A DNA stretch of 64,000 nucleotides. Origin: a candidate division Kazan bacterium RIFCSPHIGHO2_01_FULL_44_14 (lineage in GTDB: Bacteria > Patescibacteriota > Kazan-3B-28). Shown here piece after piece: positions 30,134-39,934 of the stretch. The notes below the pieces were generated by a model. The model did not search any database. It was not told where the DNA came from and saw only the letters and a list, made by a program, of their open reading frames with translations. Where the stretch lies: positions 5,875 to 69,874 of the forward strand of contig METB01000001.1 in NCBI GenBank assembly GCA_001771185.1, read 5' to 3'. Position 1 is the first letter of the stretch. Each line of letters begins with the position of its first letter. Made by a program: the position numbers and the translations under genes.

Positions 30134-32125
30134 ATGGCAAATAAATTTAAGATTAAGTCAAAATTGAAACCAGCCGGCGATCAGCCGACTGCCATCAAGC
30201 AGTTGGTGGAAGGTTTGAGTAAAAAATACCGCGACCAGACCTTGTTAGGTGTGACGGGGTCGGGGAAAACCTTCACGATGGCGAATGTAATCGAGAAAAC
30301 CCAAAAGCCGACCTTGGTAATTGTTCATAACAAAACTTTGGCGGCACAGTTAGCATCAGAATTTAGAGAATATTTTCCTGACAATGCGGTACATTATTTT
30401 GTATCGTATTACGACTACTATCAGCCGGAGGCGTATATTCCGCGGACGGATACTTATATCGCCAAGGATGCATCGATCAATGATGAAATAGATAGATTGC
30501 GAAATGCGGCGACCGAGGCGCTGTTAACCCGTAAAGATGTGATTATTGTGGCGTCGGTGTCGTGCATTTATGGCTTGGGCAACCCGGAGGTCTACAAAAA
30601 AGAAAGTATCGAACTGAAAGTGGGCAAGACCTACAAGCGGGAGCGGATTTTACGGCAACTGGCGGATATTCAATATCAACGCAACGATATCAACTTTATT
30701 CGGGGGACGTTTCGGGTGCGGGGCGAGATTTTAGAAATCTTTCCGGCGTATGCGGAAATGAGTTATCGGTTTGAGTGGTTTGGTGACAAATTGGAACGGA
30801 TTCGGCAGGTGGATTATTTGACTGGAGAAATTTTGGATGAACCGAAATCGGTGATAATTTTTCCGGCCAAACATTTTATTACTCCGCAAGAACGGTTGAA
30901 AAAAGCGATCGAACAAATTCGAGATGAACTGCGAGAGCGGTTGAAAGAATTTAAGGCCACCAGTAAATTACTGGAAGCCCAACGACTGGAACAGAGGACG
31001 AATTATGATATCGAAATGCTTCAAACGATTGGATATATTTCTGGAATTGAAAATTATTCCAGGTACTTGGATGGACGAAAACCGGGCAGCCCGCCTTCAA
31101 CTTTGCTCCATTATTTTCCCGACGATTTCTTGATGTTTATCGACGAATCGCATATGACTTTGCCGCAAATTCGGGGAATGTATAATGGTGACCGAGCCAG
31201 AAAAGAAGTTTTGATCGAACATGGATTCCGGTTGCCGAGTGCGTTTGACAATCGACCACTGCAGTTTCTGGAATTTGAAAAATTAGTTAATCAAGTAATT
31301 TATACTTCGGCCACTCCGAGCCAAGAGGAACTAAGTAACAGTAAGCAAATTGTCGAACAAATTGTCCGGCCAACTGGATTAGTTGATCCAGCGGTGGAGG
31401 TGCGGCCGATCGAGGGACAAGTGGACGACTTGATGGAAGAAATTCGTAAGCGAGTGAGTGTCCATCAGCGGGTGTTGGTGACAACGCTCACTAAAAAGAT
31501 GGCCGAAGACCTAACGGCGTTTTTGCAAGAAGCCGGAATTAAGGTGCAATATTTACATTCGGACGTGGAAACGCTGGAGCGAATCGATATTTTGCGAGAT
31601 TTGCGCCTGGGTAAATATGATGTGCTGGTGGGAATCAACTTGCTTCGCGAAGGATTGGACTTACCAGAAGTTTCGTTGGTGGCGATACTGGATGCTGACA
31701 AAGAGGGATTTTTGCGGTCTGACACGGCATTAATCCAAACCTTTGGTCGAGCGGCACGGCATTTGGACGGCAGAGTGATTATGTATGCTGACCATATTAC
31801 CGGCTCAATGCAACGAGCGATTGATGAGACCGATCGGCGACGCGAGAAACAAGTTGAATATAATAAACAGCATAAAATTACGCCGACGACGATTGTGAAG
31901 GCCATTAAATCAATTCATCAATCGAAAGAAAGTCCGCCAGTTGGCGGAATTCCGGACAAGGATGAGGTGAATAAGTTCGCTCGAGCGGCTAATGCTGAAG
32001 AATTGAAATCATTGCTTCGTGAGTTAGAAGACGAGATGGATTTGGCGGCGAAGAATCTGGAATTCGAAAAAGCAACGGAACTTCGTGACCGAGTGGAGAT
32101 GCTCAAGAATGAGATACGACAATAG
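30134..32125 (+). CDS. uvrB: Excinuclease ABC subunit B
   Basis: [39 protein letters not shown] domain. Confidence 0.98.
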   Translation: MANKFKIKSKLKPAGDQPTAIKQLVEGLSKKYRDQTLLGVTGSGKTFTMANVIEKTQKPTLVIVHNKTLAAQLASEFREYFPDNAVHYFVSYYDYYQPEAYIPRTDTYIAKDASINDEIDRLRNAATEALLTRKDVIIVASVSCIYGLGNPEVYKKESIELKVGKTYKRERILRQLADIQYQRNDINFIRGTFRVRGEILEIFPAYAEMSYRFEWFGDKLERIRQVDYLTGEILDEPKSVIIFPAKHFITPQERLKKAIEQIRDELRERLKEFKATSKLLEAQRLEQRTNYDIEMLQTIGYISGIENYSRYLDGRKPGSPPSTLLHYFPDDFLMFIDESHMTLPQIRGMYNGDRARKEVLIEHGFRLPSAFDNRPLQFLEFEKLVNQVIYTSATPSQEELSNSKQIVEQIVRPTGLVDPAVEVRPIEGQVDDLMEEIRKRVSVHQRVLVTTLTKKMAEDLTAFLQEAGIKVQYLHSDVETLERIDILRDLRLGKYDVLVGINLLREGLDLPEVSLVAILDADKEGFLRSDTALIQTFGRAARHLDGRVIMYADHITGSMQRAIDETDRRREKQVEYNKQHKITPTTIVKAIKSIHQSKESPPVGGIPDKDEVNKFARAANAEELKSLLRELEDEMDLAAKNLEFEKATELRDRVEMLKNEIRQ

Positions 32126-32383
32126 GTATCCCCTCAGTTCTTCGGGGTAACAAAATTAAGATGACGGACGAAGATGGATTCCGGCCTGCCTGCCGGTAGG
32201 CGGGCTCAAGGCCGGAATGACATAAAGGGGTGGATTGCCACGCCGACGGCTCGCAATCACAAAAAAAGAGAACGGCTCGCAATCACATTTTCATACTTAC
32301 CCGCCTCTAAGGGCTGATACAAAACAACCAAACAGCAATTGGTGTAGATTGGTGAGATTGGATAAATTGGTTAGATTTGCGCG

Positions 32384-33421
32384 CTACTTAGCCGAGCGAC
32401 TGGTTTTCATCCCGGCCCATTCTTTCAGGATGATGTAAATCATCGAGGTGACGGGAACGGCCAAGAAGATGCCAAGAATACCCATCAATTTGGCTCCGAC
32501 TAGTAAGACAATGATAATCGTAACCGGATGCAATCCAACGGAGTACTGCATGACTTTGGGAACCAGTAATTTATTTTCCAGTTCCTGGACCAGGATGTAA
32601 AAAATAGTCACTAGCAGGGCAGTGGTGGGAGAAATGGTCAGGGCAATCAAAATGGCGGGAATAGCCGAAACAATTGGACCAATGACTGGAATAATTTCAA
32701 ACAAACCAGCCAGTAGGGCCAAGGTTAGAGCATAGGGAATGTTCAGAAAGTAGAGGCCAACATAGACCACGATGCCGATAATAATTCCCAATAGAATTTG
32801 ACCACGGAACCAAGCCCCCAGACCCAGGCCAACTTTATTGGCAACGGTGACTAATTGATTTTTTTGCCGAACGGGCAATAGTGCGACAAAGAATTTTTTG
32901 ATTCCATTTTCGTCCAGTAAGAGATAGAGGGTCAAAACGAATACCGTCAGCATTGCCACAAATCCATTAATGAATCCGCGAGTGGTGTCAAAGATGTTGG
33001 TCGCAAAACTGTTTAGGAAATTGGATAACGCTGTCAGGTTTTGCTGTGATTCATCTAACAAGTGGGTCTGGACTCCAAATTCTTTAATGTTTCTGACGAT
33101 ATTTTCCAAACTAGCAAAATAGGTTGGAAATTGTTCGGCTAATTGGCGAAGTTGGCTGATGACTGGCGGAAGAATAAAGTAAATCATGGCTCCAAACAGG
33201 GCAATGATTAGTAAGTACCAACCCAACACGGTCAGGGCTCGAGGAACGCCTTGTTTAGCCATTCGATCGATGGTTGGGGATAGGGCCGAAGCCAGAATTA
33301 GCGAGACAAACATAATGGCGATAATGTCCCGCACGATAAACACAAACCACAATGACAGTAAAACCAAAATGATTTTGAGAATGCTACCAATCGATATTTC
33401 TAATAGTCCACTAGATTTCAT
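32384..33421 (-). CDS. AI-2E family transporter
   Basis: Multi-TM; IPVIGP, QELENKLLVPKVM, GLHP. Confidence 0.9.
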   Translation of the reverse strand: MKSSGLLEISIGSILKIILVLLSLWFVFIVRDIIAIMFVSLILASALSPTIDRMAKQGVPRALTVLGWYLLIIALFGAMIYFILPPVISQLRQLAEQFPTYFASLENIVRNIKEFGVQTHLLDESQQNLTALSNFLNSFATNIFDTTRGFINGFVAMLTVFVLTLYLLLDENGIKKFFVALLPVRQKNQLVTVANKVGLGLGAWFRGQILLGIIIGIVVYVGLYFLNIPYALTLALLAGLFEIIPVIGPIVSAIPAILIALTISPTTALLVTIFYILVQELENKLLVPKVMQYSVGLHPVTIIIVLLVGAKLMGILGIFLAVPVTSMIYIILKEWAGMKTSRSAK

Positions 33422-33959
33422 TTGGGAAAATGCTTAAACTGCTGGTTTGATTAGTGTTGATATTTTGGAATCGGAAAGTAAGTTGGCTACTGGCTACTAA
33501 ATCGGTCTTGGTTAGTGTGATAAACAGAACCGGCTGGGTGATTACGGCTACATTTGGAGTAGTGAGGGGGGAATTGAGTCGATACTGGAGGGTGGCGACC
33601 GGACCCTGGCGGTGGGCACTAACCATTTCTAAGTGGTATCCAGCGCCGGATTGCGGAGAGGCAATGTAAGCCATCAGCACCTGTTTATCCCAGTTGACGG
33701 TCTTGGTAAACTGTGGGAAAACTTGACGAACCTCGGCGGTGGAGTGGAACAGATGAATTGTATCAGCTAGATTTGGGTCGGTGATATTGGTGCTGATTTC
33801 GATTTCTTTGTAAGTCAGACCATTTCCGGCTTGGTTGTTACGATAGTTGGTAATCCCCAACATCACAGTAGCCACTACGAATACCACAATGGCAACCCCG
33901 ATGTCAGTTAGGAGTTCACGGGACCGACCGATCTGGTTGGATTTTGCAGTTGGAGCCAT
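33411..33959 (-). CDS. Membrane-anchored exported protein (PrcB C-terminal-like)
   Basis: N-terminal TM; VNWDKQ..GAGYHLE..VITQP. Confidence 0.6.
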   Translation of the reverse strand: MAPTAKSNQIGRSRELLTDIGVAIVVFVVATVMLGITNYRNNQAGNGLTYKEIEISTNITDPNLADTIHLFHSTAEVRQVFPQFTKTVNWDKQVLMAYIASPQSGAGYHLEMVSAHRQGPVATLQYRLNSPLTTPNVAVITQPVLFITLTKTDLVASSQLTFRFQNINTNQTSSLSIFPNEI

Positions 33960-33991
33960 CTCTATATTATTATATGTATTATGTATAGGTA

Positions 33992-34846
33992 ATGGAAGTT
34001 GCAACTAACATCAAGCGGATAACGATTCAAGATACTGCATACCCAGTGTGGCTACGGGAAATACCGGATGCCCCGCAGGAAATATATGTGCGGGGAGAAT
34101 TAGCCGAGGCCAAAATACCGCGGATTGCCGTAGTGGGGACGCGGAAACCGACTCCATACGGAATCCAAACAACCGAAAGATTAGTAACAGCAATTTCACC
34201 GCACTGTATAACAATCAGCGGGTTGGCTTATGGAGTAGATGCATTGGCCCACAAAGTGGCTTTGAAATCAGGCGGAATTACTTGGGCGGTATTGGGAACG
34301 GGATTGGATGATGCTAGTATCTATCCGCCACAACACTTGGTACTGGCTCAACAAATCATGGCTTCGGGCGGTGCGCTGATTTCCGAATATCCGCCGGGGA
34401 CACCGCCGATGAAACATCATTTTCCGATGCGGAATCGAATTATTGCTGGTCTAAGTGAAAAAGTAGTGATTATTGAAGCTCCCGAAAGCAGCGGAGCGGT
34501 GATTACCGCCAAATTAGCTCTTGATTACAACCGGGACGTTTTGGCTGTTCCGGGGCCAATTTTCAGTCCTAATTCGGTGGGAACTAATCGATTGATTGCC
34601 GAAGGGGCCAAACCGGTTCTATCGGCCAGCGATATTATTGAAGTCACGACCACAGTTAATTCGGAAAAGTTGACGGAACGGGAAGCAATGATTTATAACG
34701 CTCTTGTGGCTGGTCCCAGACATATTAATGAAGTGGTTCAAATTACCGGTCTGGGTATGGCAATTGTGAGCAGCGAGTTGACATTACTGGAAATTCAAGG
34801 CAAAGTCCGGTGTGTTGGGAATGGTACCTTCACAGTTATCCAATAA
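33992..34846 (+). CDS. dprA: DNA-processing protein DprA
   Basis: IAVVGTR, SGLAYGVDALAH, FPMRNRIIAGLS, C-terminal wHTH. Confidence 0.96.
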   Translation: MEVATNIKRITIQDTAYPVWLREIPDAPQEIYVRGELAEAKIPRIAVVGTRKPTPYGIQTTERLVTAISPHCITISGLAYGVDALAHKVALKSGGITWAVLGTGLDDASIYPPQHLVLAQQIMASGGALISEYPPGTPPMKHHFPMRNRIIAGLSEKVVIIEAPESSGAVITAKLALDYNRDVLAVPGPIFSPNSVGTNRLIAEGAKPVLSASDIIEVTTTVNSEKLTEREAMIYNALVAGPRHINEVVQITGLGMAIVSSELTLLEIQGKVRCVGNGTFTVIQ

Positions 34847-34899
34847 CTGTGAAATAATCAATCACCAAATAACAATAATCAAAAGTATAAAGAAAAAGT

Positions 34900-37104
34900 A
34901 TGAGTAAAAATTTAGTGGTAGTGGAATCGCCGGCTAAGGCGCGCACCATCGAGAAAATTTTGGGGAAAGGATATACCGTAGAGGCCAGTTTTGGGCATGT
35001 CCGGGATTTACCGCAATCAAAGTTAGGGGTAGATATTGAACATGATTTTGAACCACAGTACATTACTCCGACCAAAAATCGTAAAACAATTACTAAATTA
35101 AAAGAACTGTTTGCTAAAGCCGAAACCTTATATCTAGCGACTGACGAAGACCGAGAAGGGGAAGCGATTGCTTGGCATATTCAGCAAGCCCTGAAAGCAC
35201 CGTCAACTCAAATTAAACGGGTGGCGTTTCATGAAATTACCCCTGAGGCAATCGAAGAGGCCTTTCACCATCCGCGGGACTTGAATCAGAATTTGGTGAA
35301 TGCCCAGCAAGCCCGGCGAATTCTGGATCGGTTAGTTGGGTACAAACTTAGTCCGTTACTTTGGAAAAAACTATTTCGGGGGTTGTCGGCTGGCCGAGTT
35401 CAGTCAGTGACTTTGCGGCTACTGGTAGAACGCGAGCGGGAAATCCAGGCGTTTAAGCCAGAAGAATTTTGGAAGATAGAAGTTAAATTTAAAACTTCGG
35501 CTGGAGACGAGTTCAGCGCTTGGGTGTTTGCGGAAAAAGACAAGGAGGTCGAATTAAAGACCGAGGCCGAAGCCAAGAGGTTAGAAGAGGCCGTTAACTC
35601 GGCGACTCAACATCAAATTGATTCACTCACTTCGGCCGAACGGAAACGCTATCCGGCTCCGCCGTTTACTACTTCGACTCTGCAGCAGCAAGCGAGTAAT
35701 CAGTTAGGTTTTACGGTTAAGCGAACGATGATGATTGCTCAACGGCTGTACGAAGGAGTGGATATTAACGGCAGCGGTCCAATCGGATTGATTACTTACA
35801 TGCGGACCGATTCGACCAATGTGGCCAGTTCGGCGATTACGGGGGCCAGGTTAGTGATTGGTCAAAGGTTTGGGAAAGAGTATTTGCCAGATCAGCCAAT
35901 TTTTTATAAAACTAGAATCAAGGGAGCCCAGGAAGCGCATGAAGCTATTCGCCCGACTCGTCCGGACTTAACTCCGGAAATGTTGGAAAATAAATTAACT
36001 CCAGAACAATGGAAGTTATACAAGTTGATTTGGCAGCGATTGATCGCCAGCCAAATGTTGCCAGCGATAATTAATACCCGGGAAGCGATTGTGACTTCGA
36101 ATGAAATTAAAAGCAAAGCGCTGGGGGCCACGGTGATTTTTCCGGGTTTTGCCAAAGTATTTGATAAGTGGCCGTTCCAGGAAAATCAGTTGCCAAAATT
36201 AGTCGAAAATGAATTGGTGAAATTATTGGGCGTGGATCCGACCCAACATTTTACCGAACCACCGGCGCGGTATACCGAAGCCAGTTTGGTAAAACAATTA
36301 GAGCAAATGGGAATTGGTCGGCCTAGTACTTATGCGCCAACGATTACTACGCTGTCGGTGAGAGGATATGTGAAGAAAGAAAAACGATCATTGGTCCCAC
36401 AGGACTTGGGAATTACGGTAAATGATTTTTTGGTGGAGCATTTCCCGGATATTATTGACTACAACTTTACAGCCGAGATGGAAGAGAGTTTGGATGATAT
36501 CGCGGAAGGTAAAAAAGAGTGGGTGCCAGTTATTCGTAATTTTTATGAGCCGTTTGAGGCCCAATTAAAATTGAAGGAAGCCACCGTCGAAAAACAAACT
36601 CCTGAAGATGTTAAAACCGATAAAAAATGTGCACTGTGTGGTTCGGCCTTAGTTATGAAGACCAGTCGGTTTGGTAAGTTTTTGGCGTGTTCTGGTTTTC
36701 CAAAATGTCGGTACACCGAAGCTCTGGATGGTGACGGCAAAAGTCAAACCGAGGCGACTGACAAAATTTGTTCCGATTGCGGTGCGCCGCTAGTCAAAAA
36801 GCGGGGACGGTTTGGGATGTTTTATGGCTGCAGCAATTATCCCAAATGTAAACATATCGAAAATATTGAACCAAAAGCCAGTGATATGGCGTGCCCTAAA
36901 TGTACTGACGGCAAAGTGGTGGAACGCCGAACCAAACGAGGCAAAGTATTTTGGGGTTGTAGTAATTATCCGAAATGCGATTTCGCTTCATGGGATGAAC
37001 CATTGAAGGAACCATGTCCAACTTGTCGTGGGCTAATGACTAAGCCGATAAAGAAAGGGTATCCGGTTTGCACGAAGTGTGGATATGAGGAAAAAGGGGC
37101 ATAG
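34900..37104 (+). CDS. topA: DNA topoisomerase I
   Basis: VVESPAKA, ATDEDREGEAI, SAGRVQS, ITYMRTDS, zinc ribbons. Confidence 0.98.
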   Translation: MSKNLVVVESPAKARTIEKILGKGYTVEASFGHVRDLPQSKLGVDIEHDFEPQYITPTKNRKTITKLKELFAKAETLYLATDEDREGEAIAWHIQQALKAPSTQIKRVAFHEITPEAIEEAFHHPRDLNQNLVNAQQARRILDRLVGYKLSPLLWKKLFRGLSAGRVQSVTLRLLVEREREIQAFKPEEFWKIEVKFKTSAGDEFSAWVFAEKDKEVELKTEAEAKRLEEAVNSATQHQIDSLTSAERKRYPAPPFTTSTLQQQASNQLGFTVKRTMMIAQRLYEGVDINGSGPIGLITYMRTDSTNVASSAITGARLVIGQRFGKEYLPDQPIFYKTRIKGAQEAHEAIRPTRPDLTPEMLENKLTPEQWKLYKLIWQRLIASQMLPAIINTREAIVTSNEIKSKALGATVIFPGFAKVFDKWPFQENQLPKLVENELVKLLGVDPTQHFTEPPARYTEASLVKQLEQMGIGRPSTYAPTITTLSVRGYVKKEKRSLVPQDLGITVNDFLVEHFPDIIDYNFTAEMEESLDDIAEGKKEWVPVIRNFYEPFEAQLKLKEATVEKQTPEDVKTDKKCALCGSALVMKTSRFGKFLACSGFPKCRYTEALDGDGKSQTEATDKICSDCGAPLVKKRGRFGMFYGCSNYPKCKHIENIEPKASDMACPKCTDGKVVERRTKRGKVFWGCSNYPKCDFASWDEPLKEPCPTCRGLMTKPIKKGYPVCTKCGYEEKGA

Positions 37105-37603
37105 TTTTTTGTTGCCCCGAGGTACCGAGGGGCTACCTTGTTTTGCGAAGCCCTGCGTAGCTCGTTAGAGCGTAGAAGGGTCATCCTTAATTTTTGGTTT
37201 CCCGACGAACGGAGGGACTTCATTGTTTTTTTCAAGGGTCTACGCCACCCTTGATGGGCGGTTACTTTCCTCTTGGGGAAAGTAACCAAAGCCGTCTCCG
37301 CAGTCGCCCTCTTTATTCATCACAACTAATTCTCTTACTGCTCTCGCCAAACTTTCCCGGCAAGCCGGGATTCGAACAGTTGGCTTCGCAACGGAAATTA
37401 GTTGGATTCAGAACACTCGGGCTCCAATGCTCGATTAAGAGGGGATAGTAACTACTCGATGGGTACCAATGAGATTGATACCCTGCCTACCGGCAGGCAG
37501 GCCCGAAGAACTGCTTGCCCATCGAAGCCCTGGCGTAGTTGGGAGGGGATACCATAACTTTTCATCGCAGATCCTTCCGTAGCTTTAGGCGGAGGAGGAC
37601 TTA

Positions 37604-37823
37604 TCACTTTTAACTTTTAACTGTCCCCATATCTGCTAATCAGCTCCCAGAGCCACTTTCTGCTTGACAGGATTCTGGTTCAGGAGTATACTCAAGAGGA
37701 ATTTGGACGTTGAAAATTTGTTGGAAACAAGCGCGGCAGACCTGATGGTCGGTCGCAAAAAGATATTCTGGGCGCCTTCCCCTAGGAGGTAGTATTGTTA
37801 TTACCCCGAGGAGGGGGAAAGAA
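37604..37823 (+). promoter_or_regulatory. Duplicated promoter plus structured leader module, copy 2
   Basis: Matches 23355-23589; TTGACA at 37664, TATACT at 37687. Confidence 0.85.
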
Positions 37824-38699
37824 ATGGTTATTCAGCAGGTTTTGACATCTGTTGGTTTCTTGCTTGTCGCAAGCTGGCTCGTGGGAATGATTTTTGCCTT
37901 TATGGCACTGTATTTTGTCGGCTGTGCTACCGACTTTACAGCGATTCCAGCTGGCAAGAAGCTTAGTTTCTTCCTTCAGACAAGCCTAGGCGTCGGCTTA
38001 TTGTTAGCGGCGCTGGTTGTCTCTTTGAAATTCGCTTTGGGGATCGTTGAAACACAGGTCTTCATGACCTTTGGTTGTATTCTATTCACTTCCCTGGTTT
38101 CCCGGGCGGTGATAAAAAAGTTGAAGCAGTCGAAGGAGGAGAAAGAGACGACTTCCGAAGAAACTCCAAAAACGAAAAGGGAGATGAGAATTGTTGAGAA
38201 TCTTTTGTTCGTGCTCCCGGAGTACAACGAAAGGGCCGTGGCTCTTTCTCTTCGTGATGACTTTTGTGGGAGCACAACCACAACAATCACTCCATCGGAA
38301 GCTGACGAAGTTGGAAAGCCTGGACCTCGGCGTTTGCTGTTGGTCGAGTTTCAAGAGAATCTTAATTTTCATCAGATTCTAGAAACTCAAATGCCAAACA
38401 ATACACGTGCCGCGACCTTAAGGGAAATTATGGTCGCAGCAAAACAGTTCCGGCTTGCGGGTCGGCGGCCTCTGGTGTGTCTTATTAGACAGGGAGAGAA
38501 AGGGTACGGCGGTGGGACCGTTCGCTTCCTTTCCAGTGTAGACTCATTCGGAGGTTATACCACCGGTGATCGGGGCAAGGGGAAATTTCTTCCCGAATAC
38601 CCCGGTAACATGTGGCTCACAGGAGCAAAAGTTGCATTAATAGCGGAGGAGGGGTATGAATCGCAAGAATCATCACCCACTCCAGTCGTCACCGCTTAA
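37824..38699 (+). CDS. Hypothetical protein (3 N-terminal TM plus soluble domain), cassette cargo
   Basis: Strong SD GAGGAGG; 291-aa ORF; terminator at 39018-39048. Confidence 0.75.
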   Translation: MVIQQVLTSVGFLLVASWLVGMIFAFMALYFVGCATDFTAIPAGKKLSFFLQTSLGVGLLLAALVVSLKFALGIVETQVFMTFGCILFTSLVSRAVIKKLKQSKEEKETTSEETPKTKREMRIVENLLFVLPEYNERAVALSLRDDFCGSTTTTITPSEADEVGKPGPRRLLLVEFQENLNFHQILETQMPNNTRAATLREIMVAAKQFRLAGRRPLVCLIRQGEKGYGGGTVRFLSSVDSFGGYTTGDRGKGKFLPEYPGNMWLTGAKVALIAEEGYESQESSPTPVVTA

Positions 38700-39109
38700 G
38701 AAGCTTAGCAAAAACACGTAACTATTATTTTTCTCAAAGAGGGGAAGAAATGAGCGGTTTTATCTAGGTACGCATAAAAAACTGCGGTCTAGGGGTCGGA
38801 TCGGGATCAGCCCGGACGATTGTTAGATACGTAGCAAAATGCGACAAATGGGCGGGCAGGACTCCGCCGTAGGGTGTTTCTCCCCTGACACCAATCCGTA
38901 ATGACTGATCGCAAGGTCTAAATCGGAAAGTAGAGGATGATTTAAGTGGTTCGGGCAATTTCGGACAATCGGCGCGCGTTATGACCGCGCCACGTCAGCC
39001 CAACCACTGCACTTTTTAAAAGGCGTTCTGCTTAGCAGGACGCCTTTTCTCGTGCCCAAATGATAGGGTAAGGTAGTTCCAAGTAATTTTGAATGATGAA
39101 TTTTGAATT

Positions 39110-39186
39110 TTGAGTGAATGACCTAATATCTTAATTTTGGAACATTCAGTCATTGGGATTTGATTAGAAATTTGAAATTAGAAATT
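39110..39186. repeat. 77-bp heptamer-rich repeat, inverted copy of 42866-42942
   Basis: 73/77 identity to the reverse complement; partial third copy at about 19092-19165. Confidence 0.85.
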
Positions 39187-39305
39187 TAGGTAGCCCCTCA
39201 GTTCTTCGGGGCAACAAAATAATATCACTCCACTTACCCGCTAACCTGCTTTCTCTACGGGGTTGAATAAAACCCGGTTTTCAGGTACTATTGGTGCGTT
39301 AAGAT

Positions 39306-39728
39306 ATGCCCAAGCATAGTTTTATGGAGAAAAAGCGAACAAAATTCTGGTGGGCCAAGCCGTGGTTGTACGGTTTTTGGGTGGCCTTAGGTGCATTTGC
39401 ATTAATATTGATTGCTAAGTTTGGGACGGACATGTTATCGGCCAGCCAAGCGGCCACTGCTGATACGGCTGGTGGGATGGGATTTGACGCTTATCTTTGT
39501 TCGGCCATTACTTATGCCAACGCTCTAATCGGCGTGTTGGCGGTATTTACGGTGATTATGGCGGGGGTTTCGTACATGACATCAAGTGGCGGGAAAGAGG
39601 GGATTAGTACTGCAAAAAGTATGATTGTGGCCGCGATTACCGGCGTGTTGTTGTACGCCATGGGGCAGTTGTTACTGGGGACTTGCGGAACTGGGGCTGG
39701 CGGTTTAATTACCCGATTCTTCAACTGA
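39306..39728 (+). CDS. VirB2/TrbC-like pilin
   Basis: Hydrophobic helices with IMAGVSYMTSSG..AKSMIVAAITG. Confidence 0.75.
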   Translation: MPKHSFMEKKRTKFWWAKPWLYGFWVALGAFALILIAKFGTDMLSASQAATADTAGGMGFDAYLCSAITYANALIGVLAVFTVIMAGVSYMTSSGGKEGISTAKSMIVAAITGVLLYAMGQLLLGTCGTGAGGLITRFFN

Positions 39729-39934
39729 TAATTGCTACTGCTCTATTCAATATTGATTATTCCATGAGTGATTCGGCCGTATGACAGAAGAGTCGAAGGG
39801 ACAATCATCTTATGGCTTTCGACCCTGCCCGTAATGCTACGCTCAACAGAAGCGCTGTATCTGTCGCGAGCTGGCATAGCGTTGCAGGCGGATACACTTA
39901 GGCAATAAGGGGAAGATAACAAACCCTATTTTTT

